Source: a virus. Taken from it: DNA of 64,000 nucleotides. Location of the stretch: the IMG/VR virus record IMGVR_UViG_3300039353_001106, one strand, 5' to 3'. Each line of letters opens with the position of its first letter. Position 1 is the first letter of the stretch. The notes below the pieces were generated by a model that worked only from the letters and a program-made list of their open reading frames with translations, was not told where the DNA came from and searched no databases. Positions 16,223 to 25,965 of the stretch are shown here, one piece after another. Both the position numbers and the translations under genes were made by a program.

Positions 16223-16774
16223 CTAATCTAATTCTATTTTTATGCTAAATTTATTATAGACAAAACTAACTTCAAATGTATTAAACTCAGCGACGCTATC
16301 TGCCATACTTAGACTTAATTCATTTATACTTTTCATAATTGGTTTCTCAAAAGAAACGCTAGCAAGTCCTAAACCCTCTGCATCTAAAATTCTTAACTTT
16401 AAATCAGGTGTATATTTTTGCCTGGTCTGATCTGCATAATAATAGAGTAAAGTATCCAAAAGTATCCAATAATTTATATAGCCATCCATTAGTTGAAATT
16501 GAATCGTAAATTCTCTATTTACTAAATTTTGAATAGGTTGTCTTCCCCTATGGTATCTTGTAGTTCCATCATTATCAGCCTGTGTTACGGGTTCAAATTC
16601 AACACCTGGCATATTAATAGCCTGAATTCCATAATTAATATAATCAATTGTATTTTCAACAAGAGTTCCTGGAATTTTTCTTAAGTAGTCAATGTACTTG
16701 TCCTGCACTTCTTGAGGAACAAAGTCTTTCGGCAACCTAAAATCAAATGAATTATTTCTACTATTTAAAATCAT
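16223..16774 (-). CDS. Tail completion / tail-tube-fold protein (T4 gp3-like)
   Basis: QAINMPGV, FTIQFQL..YINYW and FEVSFVYNKF pattern; 183 aa. Confidence 0.65.
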   Translation of the reverse strand: MILNSRNNSFDFRLPKDFVPQEVQDKYIDYLRKIPGTLVENTIDYINYGIQAINMPGVEFEPVTQADNDGTTRYHRGRQPIQNLVNREFTIQFQLMDGYINYWILLDTLLYYYADQTRQKYTPDLKLRILDAEGLGLASVSFEKPIMKSINELSLSMADSVAEFNTFEVSFVYNKFSIKIELD

Positions 16775-18759
16775 ACATTAATAAATCTACCTTGATAAAC
16801 TAAAGTTTCATCACTTCCATTATCTAGAGAGATGTAGTATTTTTTATCTGCTATACCTTGAATTTTAGCAGCATTTGCTTTATCTATTTTAAATAACAAC
16901 TCTCCATTTCCTAAATCAATATCTTTATTTGAAGTTATGCAATTAAAGTACGTTCCGTTAGTAAATTCTAATTTTACATTTTTAGCATTTAAAAAAGAAA
17001 GTGCTTTGAATTCACCGTCTTCTTTTTTAGTAACATCAATTTTTATGTATGAATCATAAGGAGATATTCTTAATAACGAGGTCGGTGTTTCAGAGTTTGT
17101 GTCTTCTTCTAAATTATATTCTCTAACATTTGTTTTTATAGCCAATCTTTCTAAAAATGCTGGAACATATTTTACTTGAGGTTTCGGTAAAGCATTGTTT
17201 ATACTTGCCGCGACAGACCTTGCCGCTTGAAGATTTGGAAGAGTATTATAGATTTTAGTAACGTTGTTACCAGAATTTAGATTTATTTTCATCATCTTTT
17301 TACCGTATACTGCAGGTTTGTTTGAAATTAAACTAGCTGTTTTAAGAATCTGAGTATTTTCCGTTTGGTTATAAATTCTCATTGTAGCATCAATTGAAAA
17401 ACTGGTCGCTATTTCACTGTTTTTAATAATTGGTCTATATTGAATACCTTCTTCAAAATCCTCTATTAAAACAATCTGTTGATAAGATGTTTCTATAAAA
17501 CTTTGTCCTATTTGCTCCTGAACTGAAATATCAAATATTACTGAAATATCATCTGACGTTTCTGTAGTTCTTTGAATAATATAGGCTTCAAAAGCAGATG
17601 CGCTATTATCTTTTTCTCCGTAAATTTTAAAATAATTACCATCTTCAGCCTCTTCAACTACACATGTAAAATCTTGAAACTCATCTTCTCTAGAAACCAT
17701 GAGATTTTTCTCATCACCAGTATATACATAATCTACTGAGGTTAAATTATCTTCTAATAAATCTATTAACTTTAAGCTAACGTCATAGTTTGAAGTAGGG
17801 TCTAAATCAGAAGTACCTGTACCGTCATCATAAAAGAAATTTGCAAAATCTTGATATTGTCCAACAAGAGATGGTATTTTTACTTCTATAAAACTTGAAT
17901 ATAAAAGTTCACCTAAAACAAATGGTTTAGGGTTTTTTATTTCAAAACTAGAAGTGTTTAAATAAACTATTTGTGTTAAAAAATTCTGTATACCTGATGT
18001 TCTATTTGTTTTAACTTCAAATATAAAACCTTCTTTACCTCTTCCTGCAAAACTAAAACCCGTTCTAAGATGTAAACGTACTTTGTCATATCGTACAGAA
18101 GTAACATTGTTAAATGCAAATGCTTGAGATGTATTAACTTCCGCAGTATCAGATCCTGCCCATCCGCTATTTAATAGATTATTAGGAGTATCTAAAAGGG
18201 CGTATTTACCATCACTAATTTCTATACCGTGATATCTCTCTATAGCTCCACTTCCTGTTTTAATGCTATTCCCAGTCTCTTCATCTGGGGTTGCAAATAG
18301 TGGGTTAGCAACATTAGAAACTGTGACCTTTCCTCCTTGAAAACCTGTAAGTTCGTAAACATAGGACCCTGTAACTTGAGGAATATATGAATAAATATTA
18401 CCAACTAAAGGGTTTGACAAACTATTTCCAGAAACTGTAAACAGAGCGGGGTTTTGAAGTGCCGTTAAATTGAATTTATACGTTTTTCCAGTTTCTAACA
18501 AAAGAGACCTACTTGCAAAGTTTTCAATAGCAACATATCCCATATCGGTAGTTACATCGAAATTTACAACATCGCTTCCTAGCTCATGTACAAGATGCCT
18601 TGTTTGAGTAGAATCACCTAAAACAGTGTTTATTATTTTTATCTCACTACCATTATTGTCTACTTCTATGTCATAATCTAAGGGGTTAGCCTGGTCATGC
18701 CAAATAAACTCTAATAATATGTCATCATCTATTTTGTAATATCTTGAACTTTGTGCCAT
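16771..18759 (-). CDS. Putative virion structural protein (662 aa)
   Basis: Long beta-rich ORF in the structural block with a late motif. Confidence 0.6.
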   Translation of the reverse strand: MAQSSRYYKIDDDILLEFIWHDQANPLDYDIEVDNNGSEIKIINTVLGDSTQTRHLVHELGSDVVNFDVTTDMGYVAIENFASRSLLLETGKTYKFNLTALQNPALFTVSGNSLSNPLVGNIYSYIPQVTGSYVYELTGFQGGKVTVSNVANPLFATPDEETGNSIKTGSGAIERYHGIEISDGKYALLDTPNNLLNSGWAGSDTAEVNTSQAFAFNNVTSVRYDKVRLHLRTGFSFAGRGKEGFIFEVKTNRTSGIQNFLTQIVYLNTSSFEIKNPKPFVLGELLYSSFIEVKIPSLVGQYQDFANFFYDDGTGTSDLDPTSNYDVSLKLIDLLEDNLTSVDYVYTGDEKNLMVSREDEFQDFTCVVEEAEDGNYFKIYGEKDNSASAFEAYIIQRTTETSDDISVIFDISVQEQIGQSFIETSYQQIVLIEDFEEGIQYRPIIKNSEIATSFSIDATMRIYNQTENTQILKTASLISNKPAVYGKKMMKINLNSGNNVTKIYNTLPNLQAARSVAASINNALPKPQVKYVPAFLERLAIKTNVREYNLEEDTNSETPTSLLRISPYDSYIKIDVTKKEDGEFKALSFLNAKNVKLEFTNGTYFNCITSNKDIDLGNGELLFKIDKANAAKIQGIADKKYYISLDNGSDETLVYQGRFINV

Positions 18760-18766
18760 TATATAT

Positions 18767-18774
18767 TATTTATC
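18767..18774 (-). promoter_or_regulatory. Late-promoter-like motif GATAAATA
   Basis: 7 nt upstream of ATG at 18759. Confidence 0.6.
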
Positions 18775-18777
18775 TTT

Positions 18778-19563
18778 TTAAAATTGTAACCATTTCGGTG
18801 AGTATATCAAGAACACTCCAATTTGAGGTCCATGATAGACCAAACTTTGTTTTGTAAAAGTTACACCGTATCCACCTCCTACGCCCAAGCATAGTCTTCC
18901 TCTTTTTTGTTTCTTTGCTATATTTATCTCATCTTCTATGAGACTTATTCCTTCTATTTCATTAAACGTTAAACCAGGATATTTTGTTGAGATATTAATC
19001 TTTTTTCTACCGTCTATTGACTGTATACCTGCATATAATTTTATATTTTGACTATAATTAAAAGTACCTAAGCCACCGACAAGTGTACCGTCTCTATGAA
19101 ATATATTTACCTTTGCATCAAACTTCCTCCAATTATTATCACCATAGTGTGTTGAATCTGTAAAAGCAAGCGTTGTATCATTTTCTACCTCAGCAAAAAT
19201 AGTATCTACCTGGACTATATTTACCTCAGCCTTTAAGAGTTGATTAAGTCTTTTAAGTTCGGCAACATTTGATAAAGCATCCTCATAATCTTTTAAAAGG
19301 TCTTTGTTTTCATTTTCCAACTCTGCAACTGTATATTGATAACCGCTAATTTCATTTATATAATAGTTATTATCGTTTATGTACGTAACTATAGTATCAT
19401 TCGCTGCCTCTACATTAGCCTTAACCCTCTCTATTTTATTCTCTAAACCATTATTAATCGCTTTAAGTTTACTCGTCCTATTACATTGGTGCAATAGCAA
19501 GAGCAGTATAACAAGTATTGTTACTATAAAGTGAATTGGTCTTATTTCTAATTTTTTAAACAT
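18778..19563 (-). CDS. Membrane-anchored coiled-coil protein, Rz/spanin-like
   Basis: N-terminal TM helix HFIVTILVILLLLL, coiled coil, C-terminal amphipathic beta strands (LCLGVGGGYG...PQIGVFLIY); probable start MFKKLEIRP at 19563. Confidence 0.5.
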   Translation of the reverse strand: MFKKLEIRPIHFIVTILVILLLLLHQCNRTSKLKAINNGLENKIERVKANVEAANDTIVTYINDNNYYINEISGYQYTVAELENENKDLLKDYEDALSNVAELKRLNQLLKAEVNIVQVDTIFAEVENDTTLAFTDSTHYGDNNWRKFDAKVNIFHRDGTLVGGLGTFNYSQNIKLYAGIQSIDGRKKINISTKYPGLTFNEIEGISLIEDEINIAKKQKRGRLCLGVGGGYGVTFTKQSLVYHGPQIGVFLIYSPKWLQF

Positions 19564-19576
19564 TCTTTTTATTTTT

Positions 19577-22240
19577 TTATCCGCCTCCTGTTTTAGCAGT
19601 GTTTGTATTTGTAGCACCGCTTCCAGTTGTTGCAGTTGTTGATCCTCCTGATGCACCACCCGTGTTTGGCAACCCTACAGTAGAATTAGCACTTGCTATT
19701 ACTATATTAAATGTCTGCATAATAGACTCTCCAGTGTAAGAATTTGTAACAATAACCCTAAACTTGTGGTTTGTGCTGGCTCCTGATTTTACAGGTATTG
19801 TTAGTGTATTTTGAGTAGATGTTCTATCAGCAACAACATTTGCAGTATCTATAATATCGTCTATGTTAAAACCAGATGTAACCAGATTATACTGTGTCGA
19901 ACTTGTTCCTGTACTACTGTATATTATTTTATAGGACCAATCATATTCCGAGGGTCCACTATAATTTATTTTTAACACAAGGTCATTTCCTTTTTCTATA
20001 TTTTTCATTCCACCTCCAGGGTTTGAATAACCTGTATTTCCCCACTGTATGGAGCTTACTCCTCTCGTCTTGTTATATGAATTCCAATCTGATGGCATTT
20101 TAAAACTATATCTAAAAATATATTTATCAGATTCTGTTAACATCGATTGGTAACTGCTATCACTTCTAAAGGTTCCTAAAGTTCTTAAGGTCAATGGATA
20201 TTTTGCCATTGATACTGCATCTATCGCACCTGGTATTTGTCCGACGAATGTATTAATAGTTGAGCTTCTCCATGCTTCTCTCCAACCTTCAACATATAAA
20301 AATATTTTATTTTCACCCGGCGGTATAACTCCTACAATTCCAGAATTATCTCCTAAACCAGTAGTGCTTAAACCAAAAACATATTCAAAACCAGGCGTTC
20401 CTACATTACCCGGACCGCTTTGAAAAGGCGACCACGTTAAGGCTGAATTGGGTTCCATAATAGAATCTATAAAGGCTAGATTAATATCTACCATAATAGG
20501 AACGTTTGATGAATTGACATAAGGAAATTTATCAGGACTTGCTATTTTAAGGGCAATAATATCATCAAGATTTGCGTTATTAATTGGTATTGCAAAATTA
20601 TGAGTATTTACTGGCGGTCCAACAGGTCCGCCTGAATAGTGATTTCCATCGCTTGATTCACCAATAACAAAACCTTGTGCATTTATAAGGTCTCCAGTCT
20701 TTACATAACTTAATTGACTTTTATTTTCAGTGAATTCGTAATATGTTCCAGCACTATTTAAACTTGGCACCTGCCAGTCATTTAGTTTTTCATATACTGG
20801 AGCGATATTAAATATATCTTGTCCTATTCCAAAAACATCTTGTAGGTTATAGTTTGGTGTTCCTTTTAAGAAAAGAAACTCACCTCCTACGCCTTGCGCT
20901 TCTTGACTAACATAAGTGAATGAATCTGCAAGAGTTCTATCTCTTTCTTCTGTTCCAAAATTAGGGGCTGCGTAGTCTACTCCAGGGTCTTCGTCTTCTC
21001 CTTCTTTAAATAAAATTCCATCTCCGGTAGTTAAACCACCGGCAATATTAGGTACTGTATTTCCAGCAGAAAACAAAAGTTGAGTGGACATTGTATTTTC
21101 AAAATCATCCCGGCCTGTATTATCTCCATCTATATCTGAAAATAAAATAGTTTGTGCAGATATTAGGTTGCTAATATTGGAATAAAACTTATTTGTTGAT
21201 ATCGTTACTAAACCCCCTAGAGAATAAATACCAGTGCTTTCTGTAATATTTAAAGAACTTAAAGCATTAGAATCTATTTCAGTTATATTAGAATTTATTT
21301 TTGAGGTATCTGTAAAATTAAAATCAACTATATTACTCGAAGAACGTAAAAGTAATGTCTCTATAAAAACAGTAGAATTTTCTGCTTTTACTAATATTTT
21401 TTTATTATTTGACAAGAGCGTTGCAGAATCTATTCTTATTTCTCCAACGGAATCTATGTATATTGGTCTATTAAAACCTTCTGTTTTATAACTTGAATTT
21501 TCAACAGAGGATGTGATAACATCTCCGCCAGTACTTGTTATGTTATGTTCTCTATCTGCAGAAATGTTTAAATCTGTACTAGCGTTTATTGTAATATTAT
21601 TAGAACCCTCTATAAAAATAGAATCAGAAAGAAATTCAAGTGTTTGAATTCCTTCTATTTTAAAATTTCCACCTCCTGGCGTATTTCTTTGGTCACCTAT
21701 ATTTAAGGTTGTTAACGTTCCTGTCTGGAAAGGATTCGGCGGAGGAGTTCCGTTTCTATAAGATATAACAAAATCACTGTCTATAACCCCATTAGCATCT
21801 ATATAAGGAAATTCTATCATTTTTCCTGTTCCTCCCGGTTGATCTGAGAATATAAAACTTATAAGTGCTTGTGGTTCATAAGAAGGCGGATCAATAGTAC
21901 CACCAAAAACAATTCCAGTTTCTCCCATCAATATTCTTGAAGAAAACTGTCCTAGATTCAGCGGTCTTAATATCCTTTCTAAATCAACCAAATTAGAATC
22001 GAGGACTTTGTCCATATCCCATTTCGTGTTAGTAGTTCCTGCTACTCCCTGAGGTCCAGTAATACCTTGAACACCTTGAACACCTTGAATTCCCTGTGTG
22101 CCTAAAACACCAGGAATTCCGTATATTCCCAAAGGTCCAATAGGTCCTCCACTTTTAAAAACGTCAAAGTTACGATTAAGTTTATCAATCGTTATTTTAT
22201 CTGAATCTTTTGTAAATATTTCTCTAGCTTTTAAAAACAC
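19577..22240 (-). CDS. Tail fibre-like protein with collagen-like repeat (887 aa)
   Basis: IDKLNRNF N-terminal motif, G-X-Y run, Gly/Ser/Thr-rich; paralogous to the next gene. Confidence 0.7.
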   Translation of the reverse strand: MFLKAREIFTKDSDKITIDKLNRNFDVFKSGGPIGPLGIYGIPGVLGTQGIQGVQGVQGITGPQGVAGTTNTKWDMDKVLDSNLVDLERILRPLNLGQFSSRILMGETGIVFGGTIDPPSYEPQALISFIFSDQPGGTGKMIEFPYIDANGVIDSDFVISYRNGTPPPNPFQTGTLTTLNIGDQRNTPGGGNFKIEGIQTLEFLSDSIFIEGSNNITINASTDLNISADREHNITSTGGDVITSSVENSSYKTEGFNRPIYIDSVGEIRIDSATLLSNNKKILVKAENSTVFIETLLLRSSSNIVDFNFTDTSKINSNITEIDSNALSSLNITESTGIYSLGGLVTISTNKFYSNISNLISAQTILFSDIDGDNTGRDDFENTMSTQLLFSAGNTVPNIAGGLTTGDGILFKEGEDEDPGVDYAAPNFGTEERDRTLADSFTYVSQEAQGVGGEFLFLKGTPNYNLQDVFGIGQDIFNIAPVYEKLNDWQVPSLNSAGTYYEFTENKSQLSYVKTGDLINAQGFVIGESSDGNHYSGGPVGPPVNTHNFAIPINNANLDDIIALKIASPDKFPYVNSSNVPIMVDINLAFIDSIMEPNSALTWSPFQSGPGNVGTPGFEYVFGLSTTGLGDNSGIVGVIPPGENKIFLYVEGWREAWRSSTINTFVGQIPGAIDAVSMAKYPLTLRTLGTFRSDSSYQSMLTESDKYIFRYSFKMPSDWNSYNKTRGVSSIQWGNTGYSNPGGGMKNIEKGNDLVLKINYSGPSEYDWSYKIIYSSTGTSSTQYNLVTSGFNIDDIIDTANVVADRTSTQNTLTIPVKSGASTNHKFRVIVTNSYTGESIMQTFNIVIASANSTVGLPNTGGASGGSTTATTGSGATNTNTAKTGGG

Positions 22241-22265
22241 TTTAACTTATTTTTTTTATGGTATA

Positions 22266-25200
22266 TTATTTTATACCACCCGTTGCTTGTGGCGTTGGAG
22301 TAGTTAACCTAATCGTAATTTTCTTGGCCCATCTTTGTGATATTCTATTAAGGTCCTGCCCAAGCGAAAAATTACCATTAGACTGGTCTATTACTCCTCC
22401 TGATTCCTTTCTAGTTGCGGCTATCTGATTCACATAGTACCACTGTTCGTTTAAAGGTTTATTACTAGGAGAACTATACTGCGCTGGGGCGTTTGCTGTA
22501 TTTCCACCAAAACTCCCGCAGTCTATATTTGGGAACCTTCCATTGCCATGATTTGAAGTATAGTTCGGTAATAAAACAATATCAAGGTCTATATATTTGC
22601 TACCACCCATTGCAGCCTCTCCTTCGGTAAAATTAAATTGAAATGTAATAATGGTAGAGTTACCTCCACCTTGCCCTGGAGTTGTTGTTGTTGTACCGTT
22701 AAAAGAAAATAGCATTGGATTGTGACTCCAAAAATTGGAGTAATTTAGGGTAGAATTAGTATTATAACCAACCACTCCCCATTTTAGACCTACCTCTTCG
22801 TGAAATACTATAAAATCTTTCTTATACCATAGGTCACCTCCGTTAACTTGGCTATAGCCATAACTGACCGTACTATTACCGCTTCCAGATTTACCTAAAG
22901 AATATTGACTATTAGCCCATTTTCCACTACTTCTAAAACTGGCCTCGTTTATTCCTCCACCTTGCATTAACATACCATTACCATTATGGTAAAACCTTAT
23001 AGGGTCTTTTTTAAGAATAACTTTTATCTTTTGAGAAGGAACAGTAGCATCTTGTTTATGTTTCCAATGGGTTATTATTTCTTTATCTACATTTGACCAT
23101 GGACCATCTACTGCGTCTGTAAAACCTTGAGAAGTATCAACACCTATCTTATTTGATGAACTTGGAGTATTCCAATTAGGACTTTCTCCTTGAACACTTA
23201 ATATTATTTTAGGGTCTCTAATACCGCTATTACATGTTGATTTAGCACCTAATGGTAAAGGTGCATCAGAACCAATAGTGGCATAATTTTCAGGATATGT
23301 AAACGCCTGAACAATATCATTAGCAGATGTTGTTTGTCCTCCACTTATTTGACCTAAATCTAGGCTTCCTACTTTTATATTTCCAGAAACGTTGGTTTCA
23401 ATTTTCCAACACTCAAACTCTGAAAGACTAATAGAACCACTACTACTGTGAGTTGCTGCATCTATTTCTGCAGGAATTTCAAAAATTTCAGGTACATTTT
23501 GTGTTCCCTGATATGCCCTGTTGGATGTTACATACCATGATGTAAAATGTCCTATAGTAGCAAAAGGTCTGGCATATTCTGCCGAAATGGTAATTTCATT
23601 AGCAACGCTTAAATCAGCTTTGTAATACTCCTTACCTTTATTATCGTAGTCTCCTACCTTGTTACTAATAAGATTAAACGTTGTAAGTCCCGACTGACCC
23701 GAAGAACTATAAACTTTGATTCCTCCCTCTATTGTATCATTCACAGGTGATATATTAGTAGATTCTCCAACTGTAAAAAATGTACTTACGTTAGGGTGAA
23801 TAATATCAACAGACGCTGTAAGGTTTGAATAAGCTGTATTTTTATAAACAAAAGTATCTGTTACATCTGAACCTGTTGTATTAACCCCTCTTATAGGTCT
23901 AATTGTAGAGGTTCCAACAAAACCGGCTCCACCCAAAAGAGGACTTCCACTTGGCGCCCCATCATAAAAATCATTGTTGATTGTGTTATTTGGATCTCCG
24001 TCCCAGGCCCAATCCCCTCCGGCAGATTCAAGGTCTATTGGTATATCTATAGGAACCCAATTAGAAAGAGTATTTATTGTGTTATTAGAACACTGTGCAT
24101 CTATAATAGAATTACTTAATACAGAGGAAGTAGCCTCAAACTGGTTTGCAGATACACTATAGAGTGCGCCGCCTCCAGTAGGTGCCGGATACATTGCAGT
24201 TATCCAGAACTGTCCTGCTGTTTTTGAATAACTTTTTCTACTAGTTGGCATTGAAAAAGAAAAGGTGAACGAAAGAGGTTCGGAGTTATTACTTCCACCG
24301 TATGCAAAATGATCAGGCTGACAAGGAATATTTCTATAACTACTTGCTGCATTTGGGTTTATAGGGTCCCACACTTGCCAAAAAAGATGCATTCTACTAG
24401 AACCTGTTGCTATAACACCTTTAATACCTATAATATCTGCATTAGCTCCTAAGTTTAATGAAGTGTTCCAGTCGTTTATATCTACCGACGTAGAACCACC
24501 TACTGTAACATCTACCAAAACAGGTTGTCCTATATATGTGTCATTAACAGCGTCATACCACCCGTTTTTATACGGAAAAAGAGCATCATTTTCTATCGCC
24601 AAAACAAGTTGGTCAGTCACGTTATCCCAATTATTATCGCTACCCGCATATATTGTTCCCCAAACATTTACAAGGTCACCTATCTTAATGTAAGAAACTG
24701 TATTTTTTCCATTATTAATAGCAATCAACCCTCCAATACCGAACTGGTCACTTAATTCATCTCCAGTGTATTGTAAATTAACATCAAAATTTCCAATATT
24801 AGAAGTATCTTTATAGAAAGTAATATTATCGGTGTATGTCATGTTCAAATAATCTGCAAGTGTTCTATCACTATCGGAAGTTGTATTATTAGGGGCTGGT
24901 AAAAAACCCGATTGGGCCCCACCTCCATCTTTAAACATTATACCAGTATTAGCATTCTCAAAAAATATAGATTGGGTAGAGGTGTTTATGTTTTGTTCTA
25001 CAAAAAACTTATCAACTCCTCCTATTTGTAAAGTGACCTTTTGATCAGAATCTAACGTAGTAGAATTATTACCTTTTATTAAAACAGAATTTAATATATC
25101 AAACGTCATATCTTCTGCATCTGCATTTAATGTTCCTAAACCATTTTCTTGTAATTGAACTATTCCGCTTTCAGCTTTTATATCTACTCCTGCTTCTAAT

Positions 25201-25964
25201 GATTCTATTAATATCGCAGAATTTGTTCCGGAAGCGGCTATTTCTATTTCTCCATTAACACCAGAAGCCTCTAGTCTTAAAACTCCGGTTTCAGATTTAA
25301 CACTTAGATCTTCAAGAGCGGTAATATTTACGTTTCCAGAAGCAGAACTGTTTATATCTAATGCTGCTAAAAAATCGATTTGGGTTCCAGTAGACTCTAT
25401 ATTAATATCATAAGACTCTATTCTAATTTCACCAGGAACATCTACTCCGAATCCTGAGCCTGTGACTCCCGTTGTTGACGTCAGCAATAAAGTTCCATTT
25501 TCATTTCTTAAAATAAATTCTGCGCCGTTAGGATCGCTATTTTTAAATTCTATCGCATTTTCTATATCTCCTGCATTGTGTCTAGCAAGACTTAAAAGGG
25601 CTAAAGGATCGTATGAAGGAATTGCTCCTACCGCAAAACCAACTCCAGTATCTCCTAAAACAACTCTTGATATTTTATCGACTGATTCATTTAACGGCCT
25701 AATAACATTATAACCATTAGTAAGTGTATAAGAGTCCCATCTTTCTGCAACGTTTGCAGCACTACCTGCTCCTCCTTGTTGTCCTTGAACTCCTTGCGGT
25801 CCTTGAATTCCTTGTGGTCCTTGTAAACCAGCCAATCCCTGTTGTCCTTGAAGTCCTTGTGGTCCTCCACCCTGTCCTAAAATCTGGTCAAAATTATAAT
25901 TAATTTTGTCTATTTTATCAAGGTCATTATCAGTAAGATAAATTTCTTTTATATTAATAGGCAT
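22266..25964 (-). CDS. Tail fibre-like protein with collagen-like repeat (1232 aa)
   Basis: IDKINYNF motif, GPQGLQGQQG collagen run, beta-rich body. Confidence 0.7.
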   Translation of the reverse strand: MPINIKEIYLTDNDLDKIDKINYNFDQILGQGGGPQGLQGQQGLAGLQGPQGIQGPQGVQGQQGGAGSAANVAERWDSYTLTNGYNVIRPLNESVDKISRVVLGDTGVGFAVGAIPSYDPLALLSLARHNAGDIENAIEFKNSDPNGAEFILRNENGTLLLTSTTGVTGSGFGVDVPGEIRIESYDINIESTGTQIDFLAALDINSSASGNVNITALEDLSVKSETGVLRLEASGVNGEIEIAASGTNSAILIESLEAGVDIKAESGIVQLQENGLGTLNADAEDMTFDILNSVLIKGNNSTTLDSDQKVTLQIGGVDKFFVEQNINTSTQSIFFENANTGIMFKDGGGAQSGFLPAPNNTTSDSDRTLADYLNMTYTDNITFYKDTSNIGNFDVNLQYTGDELSDQFGIGGLIAINNGKNTVSYIKIGDLVNVWGTIYAGSDNNWDNVTDQLVLAIENDALFPYKNGWYDAVNDTYIGQPVLVDVTVGGSTSVDINDWNTSLNLGANADIIGIKGVIATGSSRMHLFWQVWDPINPNAASSYRNIPCQPDHFAYGGSNNSEPLSFTFSFSMPTSRKSYSKTAGQFWITAMYPAPTGGGALYSVSANQFEATSSVLSNSIIDAQCSNNTINTLSNWVPIDIPIDLESAGGDWAWDGDPNNTINNDFYDGAPSGSPLLGGAGFVGTSTIRPIRGVNTTGSDVTDTFVYKNTAYSNLTASVDIIHPNVSTFFTVGESTNISPVNDTIEGGIKVYSSSGQSGLTTFNLISNKVGDYDNKGKEYYKADLSVANEITISAEYARPFATIGHFTSWYVTSNRAYQGTQNVPEIFEIPAEIDAATHSSSGSISLSEFECWKIETNVSGNIKVGSLDLGQISGGQTTSANDIVQAFTYPENYATIGSDAPLPLGAKSTCNSGIRDPKIILSVQGESPNWNTPSSSNKIGVDTSQGFTDAVDGPWSNVDKEIITHWKHKQDATVPSQKIKVILKKDPIRFYHNGNGMLMQGGGINEASFRSSGKWANSQYSLGKSGSGNSTVSYGYSQVNGGDLWYKKDFIVFHEEVGLKWGVVGYNTNSTLNYSNFWSHNPMLFSFNGTTTTTPGQGGGNSTIITFQFNFTEGEAAMGGSKYIDLDIVLLPNYTSNHGNGRFPNIDCGSFGGNTANAPAQYSSPSNKPLNEQWYYVNQIAATRKESGGVIDQSNGNFSLGQDLNRISQRWAKKITIRLTTPTPQATGGIK

Positions 25965-25965
25965 T

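Noticed and set aside
19577-25964. Fibre paralogs as diversity-generating retroelement template/variable repeats
   Set aside because: Similarity is at protein level only; no near-identical adenine-variant repeat and no reverse transcriptase in the window.
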